Below are positions 55,992-64,000 of a stretch of 64,000 nucleotides of DNA, piece after piece. This DNA is from Candidatus Binatia bacterium (GTDB lineage: Bacteria > Desulfobacterota > Binatia > UBA9968 > JAJDTQ01). The stretch lies in the NCBI GenBank assembly GCA_963666515.2, contig OY762897.2, forward strand, positions 1,440,001 to 1,504,000, written 5' to 3'. The notes under the pieces were generated by a model. It was given only the letters and a program-made list of their open reading frames with translations. It had not been told where the DNA came from and ran no database searches. A program made the translations under genes and the position numbers. Positions within the stretch are counted from its first letter, which is position 1, and each line of letters begins with the position of its first letter.

Positions 55992-56094
55992 GATCTCACC
56001 TCCTTGCTCTCGACCACGGCGCCGGAGCGCCTCACCGAACGCCTTCACCGTCTCGCGCTCCCGGGTCGCCATCACATAATAGCTGATGAATACC
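55983..56094 (-). repeat. About 110-bp copy of the internal Rpn segment (matches 58327-58445)
   Basis: Near-identical DNA encoding VMATxEREx VxAFGEALRRxGREQGGEIMSY. Confidence 0.9.
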
Positions 56095-56191
56095 TTGACA
56101 TGGTAGAGTGTTCGGGAACAGCGGCGCGGAATCCGAATCCGCGCCATGATGGGACCACGCGTCGATCTGCAACGAAGCGGGAGGAGACGAG

Positions 56192-57031
56192 ATGAAAAGG
56201 CTGATGGTCGCCGTGGCCGTGTTGTTCACGGCCGTCGATGCCGCCGCCAAGTGCGCTACCGAAGCAGAGGTCACCGCCTTCGTCGCCGACTACCTCTCGA
56301 ACAAGCCCACCGTGGCGCTGGCCAAGGGCGGCTCCATGGAGGACGCGCTCTGCACTCAAGCCAAGCTGACACGCGCCCTGACGCCCCACTTGGGGCCAGT
56401 GATCGGCTACAAAGTGGGTTTGACGAGCAGAGCGGTACAGGAGCGGTTCGGGGTGAACGAGCCTATGCGGGGAGTGCTCCTTCGGGACATGATACTGGAG
56501 TCCGGCGCCGTGGCGCCCGTGGACTGGGGCGCCCGGCCCGTATTCGAGGCGGATTTGGTGCTGGTGGTGGGGGATTCCGACATCAATCGCGCGGGGACGC
56601 CGGAGGAGGTAATGGCGCACGTCGCTTCGGTGCGTCCGTTCCTGGAATTGTCCGACCTCATACTGGCCGAAGGGGAGCCCTTCAACGCGGTGACGATCGT
56701 GGCGAACGCGATGGCGAAGCTGGGCGTTCTGGGCGCTGCGATTCCGGTGAAGGACAGCGTCCGAATGGCCAGGGCACTGGGAGCGATGGAGGTCGTGTTG
56801 CGCGCCGCGGACGGCGAAGTGCTGGTCAAGGCGCCGGGCAAGGCCGTGCTCGGGCATCCCGCCAATTCGCTTCTATGGCTCATGTCCAAGGGTGTGGAAG
56901 TGAAACCGGGAGATCTGGTCTCCGTCGGTTCCTTCGGCCCGCTCTTTCCGCCGGCAAAGGGAAAGGGCGGCGCCTCGGTGACTTACTCGGGGCTGCCCGG
57001 AGAGCCGACGGTGCACGTGACGTTCAAGTGA
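56192..57031 (+). CDS. 2-keto-4-pentenoate hydratase-like (FAH fold) protein with signal peptide
   Basis: GYKVGLTS, FEADL, LGHPANS, KPGDLVSVGS. Confidence 0.85.
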   Translation: MKRLMVAVAVLFTAVDAAAKCATEAEVTAFVADYLSNKPTVALAKGGSMEDALCTQAKLTRALTPHLGPVIGYKVGLTSRAVQERFGVNEPMRGVLLRDMILESGAVAPVDWGARPVFEADLVLVVGDSDINRAGTPEEVMAHVASVRPFLELSDLILAEGEPFNAVTIVANAMAKLGVLGAAIPVKDSVRMARALGAMEVVLRAADGEVLVKAPGKAVLGHPANSLLWLMSKGVEVKPGDLVSVGSFGPLFPPAKGKGGASVTYSGLPGEPTVHVTFK

Positions 57032-57056
57032 GGGTTCGCGTCCGGAGGAATATGAG

Positions 57057-57998
57057 ATGACTGGAACGCCCAACATCCCTTTGTCGCGAGAGAAGTCGGC
57101 CATGATCGGCGGAACGGGTTGTTCGTTGCTTGTGACGGCTGCCGTGCTCGCGATGATATTGTCCGGTTGTGCGGGCGGCGTGCGCTCGGTCACCCCCCCG
57201 ACACAGGCCCCGGATGCCATTGCGGACATTCTGAACAGCCGGCTGTGGGCGTCGACCTACCCGTTCGTAACAAGCTTCGGCGGCGCGGTTGCGACCTGTC
57301 AGGCGTTGGGCTGTCCGGTCCCCGACGCCATTCACATCGACCGGACTCCAACCGATGCCAGACTGCCCGACCTCGAAGGTTTCGAGCCGGTCGAATCACG
57401 GCGGGGCATCTCGCTGGCTCGGAAGGATATCACAACAGAGAAGGCCGGAGATCCAATCAGCCATCGGGCGCTGGGGGCCTGGATGGACCACGGTTTCTTT
57501 GTCATCGAAACCGTCACCGAGAGCGCGTACGACAGCTTCATCTACTACACCTTCTGGTCTGGAGACGCGACCCACACCGGTCCCGTGACCTCCACCGGCG
57601 CCTCCGCGACCTGGTCCGGGATCATGTCGGGCGTGGAGCCCTCGCCTGCCGGAGACGCCGGCGCCTTTGTCCACGGCGACGCCGCCGTGACGGTGAACGG
57701 TCTCAATGCCAATGCAAGCCCCCGGATCGATGTCGTGTTCAGCAAGATCGTGAACGAGGACACCGGGGCCAGCATCGCCGACATGGCTTGGCGCGGCCTG
57801 ACCCTTCAAGACAGAAGCTTCGGAACGGATGATGTCCGCTTCAACGACGGCACTGGATACTTCTGCAAAAAGGACTTCTGTCCACCATCGGACAGCAGTA
57901 TTTTCGGCCATTTCTATGGCCCCAACCACGAGGAAGTCGGCGGGATCTTCCATCGCGACGGCATTGCAGGCGCGTTTGCAGCCAAACGCGAAGATTGA
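57057..57998 (+). CDS. Lipoprotein with TbpB-like C-terminal barrel
   Basis: LSGC lipobox; ATWSGIM...GHFYGPNHEEVGGIF...GAFAAK. Confidence 0.75.
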   Translation: MTGTPNIPLSREKSAMIGGTGCSLLVTAAVLAMILSGCAGGVRSVTPPTQAPDAIADILNSRLWASTYPFVTSFGGAVATCQALGCPVPDAIHIDRTPTDARLPDLEGFEPVESRRGISLARKDITTEKAGDPISHRALGAWMDHGFFVIETVTESAYDSFIYYTFWSGDATHTGPVTSTGASATWSGIMSGVEPSPAGDAGAFVHGDAAVTVNGLNANASPRIDVVFSKIVNEDTGASIADMAWRGLTLQDRSFGTDDVRFNDGTGYFCKKDFCPPSDSSIFGHFYGPNHEEVGGIFHRDGIAGAFAAKRED

Positions 57999-58116
57999 GC
58001 TGCTACCAGCCCAGGGCGTAGCCGTCGCGGCGCGGGTCGGCGGCGGCCATGAGTGTCCGGTGACGGCCTTTTGAAGCGGAGGGGATCTGAAGGCCGCTCG
58101 CTGCCTCTTCCCATAT

Positions 58117-58335
58117 CTATTTGTCGGAGGCCGACAGACTCTTTTTGAGGGCTTGAAACCGGGATTCGTCGAGCCCTGTCGCCGTTTCGATCACATCCCA
58201 GGTCACCCCCGCCCTCAACATTCCTTCAACCGCCTTCAACGTGCCCTGCCGTTCTCCCTCTTCCCGACCTCCCCGCCAACCTTCCTGACGACCCTCCTGT
58301 CTGCCTTCTTGCAGGAGTTGTTGAGCATACGACAT
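58117..58335 (-). CDS. Internal small Rpn product (RpnS-like, 72 aa)
   Basis: GGAGGT RBS then MSYAQQLLQEGRQEGRQEG... Confidence 0.65.
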   Translation of the reverse strand: MSYAQQLLQEGRQEGRQEGWRGGREEGERQGTLKAVEGMLRAGVTWDVIETATGLDESRFQALKKSLSASDK

Positions 58336-59098
58336 GATCTCACCTCCTTGCTCTCGACCATGGCGCCGAAGCGCTTCACCGAACGCCTCCACCACCTCAC
58401 GCTCCTGGGTCGCCATCACATACCTGATGAAACCTGATGAACACCCGCACATAGTTCATCCCGCCTGCCACCGGCAACGACGAGGCCAGCCGCGCCGCCT
58501 GCTCCAGCGCCTCCCGCAAATGGCGGTCGAACGCCGCCATCATCAACAACTGCGCCACGCGACCCCCCTCCCCGCCTCCCACTCCCCCAGGCTCCAGCCC
58601 CGTCGCGTCCAGCAGCAGGTGCTCGAACCGCGGCACCCACGGCCACCGCTGCAACCCCGTCGGGAACAGGTCCGCAAACTCCCTCGAATGCCGCCACCCG
58701 TCTCGCCCTTGGTAGAATACCAACGGCACGATGGGACGCAACCCCGGCTCTCCCGTCGATGTCTCTCCCTCCCGGAGACTCGCGTCCCAGATCCGGCAGC
58801 AGTACTTCAGCAGCCGAAACCGCATCCACCCATCCGGCGTCGATTGATGCTCCAGCAGCACGTACAACCACACCTGCTCCCCACTGCCCGCGTGCTCCAC
58901 TTCGTACAACAGGTCCGATTCGCTTTCCCGCAACCTGTCGTCCAGGAACGTCCCCTCCAGCAGCGTCAGCGTCTCCCAGTCCAGTTCCTCCCGCAACGAC
59001 GGCGGCAGAGCCATCTGCATCAGACTCCCGGCCTCCGCGGCATCCGAGAATACCGCGCGAAATAACTTGTCGTGGGGATTGCGGACTTCGTCGGCCAT
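58117..59098 (-). pseudogene. Rpn/YhgA-like PD-(D/E)xK nuclease, frameshifted
   Basis: PHDKLFR, ESDLLY, LLEHQS, PLVFYQG; 10-bp duplication ACCTGATGAA at 58422-58441. Confidence 0.85.
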
Positions 59099-59229
59099 TG
59101 CCTGTCTCCAGCCGGGGGACCGCGCCGCCCCTGATGCCACCCTCATGCAGTTCGCTGAAACTCACTATAACGCAGACCCCCGCCGCTTCAAGCGTCTTCA
59201 CGGCAACGACAAAGGGATTGCCGTGAAAC

Positions 59230-59484
59230 AGTTCTGGCGACAAGGCGAGGGGGCACTTGTTGAGTCTTTGAGAGCGGAAGTGAACTCCAGACCGGTAAAC
59301 TGGCTACTTTGGTCTATGTTGAAGTTATCGGGGCGGCCGTAGCGCTGCAGGGCTTCTGAGAAGGCGTCCGTTCAGAAGCGAACGTCGAGGGTGTTAGGGG
59401 CCTCCGGGAGAGCGCCCGGTGGGTGACCTAGTCCATGACTGCCACCAAGTACAGGAAGCCCTTCTGAACGGGAAGTGGGTGTAG
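59230..59484 (-). pseudogene. Degraded IS3-family integrase core fragment
   Basis: FLYLVAVMD...NTLD...EALQRYGRPDNFNIDQSSQFT across frames. Confidence 0.7.
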
Positions 59485-59585
59485 GTAGGGGTCGGACCGG
59501 AGCGCTCTGTCGTCTTTCGAGCGATGGATTTCTCCGGCCCGTCCTCCGAACCGGACGTGCGACTCTCACCGCATCCGGCTCTCCA
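59485..59585 (-). mobile_element. Group II intron domains V-VI remnant
   Basis: GAGCCGGATGCGGTGAGAGTCGCACGTCCGGTTC (D5, AGC triad) followed by D6 ending CCCCTAC. Confidence 0.85.
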
Positions 59586-59672
59586 TGCGCTCATGCCGTC
59601 GGAGTGCCTGACGGTTCAGGTTCGTCTAGCTCTTATACGCTGCCGGCTCTCTCCAGCACTCGACCTCGCTGC

Positions 59673-61195
59673 CTAACCGAACGCTTTCAGTACTGTAGGA
59701 TGAATTTGCACCTGTCCCTGCATACGGAAGCTACGATTGCCCCGGTGGTAAGTCTGATAGATTGGCTCGGACTCACTGCCTTGTTCATGGCGCGTCCCAA
59801 AGAGCCCGAGAATGTACAGTAAATGTAAAAAATGTCGAAAATTATAAAAGTTGTGATTGTCCCCCTTGGCTCGTTCGTACACTGGCCTAATGATCTCTGC
59901 GAACTCATCGACTGTCGTCTTGTCATTTTCAAACCACATTGGCGTGTGGGTTCTCATGATATCCTCCAAGACCGCCAGTGCCTCTGGGTTTAAAAAGGGG
60001 CTAGCTGCTGATTTAAGCTCATTCCATGCCTCTTGTGAATACCGTCGCCATACCGTATTGGCCTGCGACTGGGACAGGGTGATCGATTTAGGAAAAAGTG
60101 TCTTTGCGCAGTTGAAATACCTAATAAAATCTCTCGGCTTATTCCACGTACGACTCAAAAACACGGTCGGATCAATATTGGCGAAGTAGACCTCCATTAA
60201 TCGGTGCCGATCCACAGTTCCCTGCATTCCCGCTGCGACCCTATTGAACAGCAAGGTGAATAACGGATGATCCTTATTCGCTCGGTACGTTGACCAGTTT
60301 ACGTTCACTCCTACTGATTCGACCGTATGATTGATATCTGCCGTGGCAATAATCGGGTGTTCAAGATATTCAGATCGTACCGCTGCGTAAACGTAACAGT
60401 GACTCCCCTCTTGCGCAAATCTGTCGTTCAATGACTGCACTGCCATAATGCAATCGCGAACTAAGATCGCGTCCTGTTGAAGGCTTTCTTCAGACCGATA
60501 AGCAAAATGTATTTCATCAATAATCAACCGCACAGGTCTTGAGGCTTCCCGTAGTACTTGGCATAACTTCTCAAGTAGGCTATCGTTGTTTCGCTTGATG
60601 GTTCGGCTTGCGTCAATCAAAACACGATTCCCGGTCGCCTTTGATACGTCAATATGCGCAGCCTCCAATAGGGAGGTCAAAGAGTCAAATGCCAGTTTGA
60701 TCACGTCACCGATTTTGGAGTTGCGTAGCCTATCGAATATCGTTTGTTGTTCCGCATCTAAACCGCTAGTATCGTAAGAATTCCGGTCGGATAAAACAAG
60801 AGAAATCAAAATGTAGATAAATACTCTTTTGAGGGCATACTGGTAGTGTTTGAATCTTTTTATATCTTCTTCGTCAACAACCAACGGAACACTGGAGATC
60901 TGTTGCAAATCTATTTCTTCGATGAATGCTTTCTTAAATATGAGAAACTGTACCGGCCCCGACTCCTTTACCTCGTTTTCCAAATACCTCAAGGTAGCGG
61001 TTTTTCCGGTCCCTTTTGACCGTATAACAGAAATTTCTCTCCGGAAAGCAACTCTTTTAATGGAAAATTCTCCGTCATCAGAAAACTATGGATGAACAAA
61101 GGTTCGCGGCGGCCACGCAGAGCCGCGAAATATTCGGCATTCGCATCGGCCTCGCCGAACTGAATTTCCCCAAGACGCAATAAATTACCTGTCAT
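59673..61195 (-). pseudogene. P-loop ATPase (FunZ/Sll1717-like), frameshifted in Walker A
   Basis: FGEADA...LLYGQKG/TGKTATL split by a 1-nt shift near 61011; LIIDE, AVRSE, KPRDFI; low GC. Confidence 0.75.
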
Positions 61196-61729
61196 CTCAC
61201 TACCCCTCTCCGAAACTCCCTTTACCCGGTATTGGGCGACTACAACTGATTTGATCACAAATCCGGCTATCCTCGGTCATACCCTCCGAACAGGCACAGG
61301 GTGTGGCAGTTCTGTTATGCTACGACCAAAGCAGCGTGCCGCGGCTTCTAAATAGGCAGAACCACGCGCGAAAGGGCGTGATATGGCCTAGCCTCTCGAG
61401 GTCCACGAGGGTTGTCCGCAGCTGCTTTAACCCGCGCGGGTCGCAACAGTTGGCACGCCAGTACTTGAAGCTCCAGCGGAACCGTGAGCCAACCGGCCCA
61501 AGGTTACGCAGTCCCCGCGGCATAAGACGATCACCCGTAATCGTCCCGGAACACGAGATCAGCACGCAAACGTCCTTCTAAATCCCGCAGCCGTCTGCTT
61601 GTCGAGACAGCAGCATCCGTCTCGTCGAACCCATCCTCATCCACTCCGCTGGCTCGATCCATACCATCGCATCTCAACTCCATTAACCCAACTCCTGCCC
61701 GATGCCCCAATTGATGCGACGTCGTTAAA

Positions 61730-63714
61730 CTGAAGTTCTGGGGCCGGATTCCGGCCTGACAGCCTCTAACTCATTGTATTGGATAGACATTTGGGGATTC
61801 AAGGGCAGATTTCAGGCGTAACATGTAGTCACTAAATAGGCTTGACTGATTCGGTGATTGTGCTACAATCCCATGTATGCCAAGACGCAAGGCCGCCGTA
61901 CACGTCGTTACTACCACGCGTCGATACAAAGACCGAGTCTACACCACCCACCTGCTCAGGCGCTCCTACCGCGAAAACGGCAAGGTCAAAAACGAAACCG
62001 TCGGCAACCTCTCCCACCTGCCCGATTCGGTGGTGGAACTGGTGCGCCTCGCACTCGGCGGCAAGACCCTGGTGCCGGCCGAGGAGGCATTGCAAGTGTT
62101 GCGCTCACGCCCCCATGGACACGTGGCTGCGGTGCTGGGCACGGTCAAGGCGCTGGGGCTGGAGCGGCTGCTGGACTCTCGGCACAGCGTCCAACGCGAC
62201 CGTAGTGTGGCCTTGATCGTGTCCCGGGTGCTGTGTCCGGACTCGAAGCTGGCCACGGCGCGGGCGTTGGATGCCGAGAGTGCGACGTCCACCCTGGGCG
62301 AGGAACTCGGCCTTGAGGCGGTGCAGGCCGAAGAGTTGTATGAGGCCATGGACTGGCTGGGGGAGCGTCAGGGGCGCATCGAACGCAGTCTGGCCAAGCG
62401 CCATCTCCACCACGGCACGCTGGTGCTCTACGACGTGACTTCGAGCTATCTCGAAGGGCGGCGCTGCCCGCTGGGGCGCATCGGCTACTCGCGGGACGGC
62501 AAGAAAGGCAAGCTGCAGATCGTCTACGGGTTACTGTGCAACGCCGACGGCTGTCCGGTGGCGGTGGAGGTCTACGAGGGCAACACCGCTGACCCGAGCA
62601 CTTTGGCGGACCAGATCCACAAGGTCCGCGAGCGCTTCGGGCTCGAGCGTGTGGTGTTCGTCGGCGATCGGGGAATGTTGACCAGTGCGCGCATCGACGA
62701 GGAACTGCGCCCGGTGGAGGGTCTGGACTGGATCAGTGCACTACGCAGCGATGCCGTCGCCAAGCTCGCCCAAGACCAAGGCCCCTTGCAGTCGTCCCTG
62801 TTCGACCACACCGACCTGGCTGAAATCGCTCATCCAGACTTCCCCGGCGAACGCCTCATCGCCTGCCTCAACCCCCTGCTGTGCCAGGAGCGTCGGCGCA
62901 AACGCCAAGCCCTGCTGGACGCCACCGAGCAGGAACTGGACAAGATCGTCCGGGCCACCCAACGCCCCAAACGACCGCTTCGCGGTGAGAGCGCCATCGC
63001 ACTGCGGGTGGGCCGGGTGTTGGGCCGCTTCAAGATGGCCAAGCACTTCGACATGACCGTCACCGAGTCCTCGTTCCGCTATCAGCGCAAATCCGACGCC
63101 ATCGCTCAAGAGGCCCGCCTCGACGGCCTCTACGTCATCCGCACCTCCGTCCCTGAGCCCCTCCTCGATGCCACTTCCACCGTCAGCGCCTATAAACGCC
63201 TCGCCGCAGTCGAGCGCGCCTTCCGATGCCTCAAGACCGTGGACCTCCACGTGCGCCCGATCCACCACCGCCTGTCCCAGCGCGTGCGCGCCCACGTCTT
63301 CCTGTGCATGCTCGCCTACTACGTCGAGTGGCACATGCGGCGAGCCTGGGCTCCACTCTTGTTCGCCGAAGACGACCCCCAGGACGCCGCTCGCCGCCGC
63401 CCCTCCCCCGTCAGCCCCAGCGTGCCCTCCCACAGCTCCGAGCGCAAAGCCGCCACCCGCCGAACCCCACAGGGGCAACCCGTGCACCACTTCCGCGGTC
63501 TGCTCCGCCACTTGGCCACCCTCACCCGCAATACCCTTCAACTCCAAGGCTCAAAGCTGACCTTCCAACAACTCACCCTCCCCACCGACCTCCAACGCCT
63601 CGCCTTGGAACTCCTCCACCTCAAACTCCCCGTGTAGTCAGAACCCGTACTGCCGTCTCAATCCTATTCCCCCTAAATTCAACCACTTACGCTGTCTTGG
63701 CCTCAGAACTTCAG
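61730..63714 (+). mobile_element. Complete IS1634-family element
   Basis: IR CTGAAGTTCTG(G/A)GGCC 15/16 match; 6-bp TSD GTTAAA at 61724-61729 and 63715-63720. Confidence 0.9.
61877..63637 (+). CDS. IS1634-family transposase
   Basis: LYDVTSSYLEG, GYSRDGK, VGDRGM, VERAFRCLK..RPIHH. Confidence 0.95.
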   Translation: MPRRKAAVHVVTTTRRYKDRVYTTHLLRRSYRENGKVKNETVGNLSHLPDSVVELVRLALGGKTLVPAEEALQVLRSRPHGHVAAVLGTVKALGLERLLDSRHSVQRDRSVALIVSRVLCPDSKLATARALDAESATSTLGEELGLEAVQAEELYEAMDWLGERQGRIERSLAKRHLHHGTLVLYDVTSSYLEGRRCPLGRIGYSRDGKKGKLQIVYGLLCNADGCPVAVEVYEGNTADPSTLADQIHKVRERFGLERVVFVGDRGMLTSARIDEELRPVEGLDWISALRSDAVAKLAQDQGPLQSSLFDHTDLAEIAHPDFPGERLIACLNPLLCQERRRKRQALLDATEQELDKIVRATQRPKRPLRGESAIALRVGRVLGRFKMAKHFDMTVTESSFRYQRKSDAIAQEARLDGLYVIRTSVPEPLLDATSTVSAYKRLAAVERAFRCLKTVDLHVRPIHHRLSQRVRAHVFLCMLAYYVEWHMRRAWAPLLFAEDDPQDAARRRPSPVSPSVPSHSSERKAATRRTPQGQPVHHFRGLLRHLATLTRNTLQLQGSKLTFQQLTLPTDLQRLALELLHLKLPV

Positions 63715-64000
63715 GTTAAAACTACGAACGGATCACCATCCACACTAGTGTGGCCCTGACCTCCGACCAGTGCAGCGTGTCGTGCTGCTTCGGCCCGGCC
63801 GGTCATGCATGGTAATCCTTTTGGATCGACTGACGCACACCCATAGTCGGGGCTTGGAATATGAGACTATGCGTTTCAACGTAGCTGTCGGGACTCGCGG
63901 TTCGAACCATGGCGGCACTGGAGTGCGTTACAACACTGTCGGGGCATGGGAATCTCACCGAAAACTCTGGGGAAGCCTACAAGATAAGCAGGAAGAACAC

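Noticed and set aside
55992-56147. Longer 324-aa start for the alpha/beta hydrolase
   Set aside because: The extension is the Rpn-derived fragment; a strong GGAGGT RBS precedes the ATG at 55991
61303-61700. Short ORFs left of IS1634
   Set aside because: No recognisable family; probably decayed sequence
63780-63838. Minus-strand GTGCG as the 5' end of the group II intron
   Set aside because: Only a 5-mer; the upstream sequence is not the IS3 exon and no domain I was recognisable

Overview
High-GC bacterial chromosomal segment; the ndk-rlmN-mtnP, sucCD-mdh-icd and ccm gene orders look deltaproteobacterial-like (inference). A dif-like XerCD site lies at 6260-6287, and gene orientation converges on it, so the window probably spans the replication terminus. 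Left of dif are a catabolic cluster and a sulfide-oxidation-type operon. Its SQR-like gene has an in-frame TGA at a catalytic Cys position followed by a SECIS-like hairpin (probable selenoprotein). Right of dif are housekeeping genes (miaB, hom, recG, carAB, lepAB, ugd, mtnP, rlmN, ndk, sucCD, mdh, icd), a full ccmA-H/I operon and two accessory regions (about 9.1-21 kb and 55-64 kb). The most unusual object is a 3,814-bp IS1595-family element (14690-18503) with perfect 25-bp IRs and an 8-bp target duplication. It carries two sequence-divergent but architecturally similar multi-branched predicted RNAs and two copies of a module in which a small ORF convergently overlaps a Cas2/VapD-like ORF. 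Other items: TbpB-like lipoproteins, an Rpn gene frameshifted so that only its internal small product is intact, an Rpn fragment fused to a hydrolase gene, a group II intron remnant, IS3/IS1634 elements and a type IIG/ISP-like R-M gene. All calls come from reading the sequence by eye; no searches or folding programs were run.
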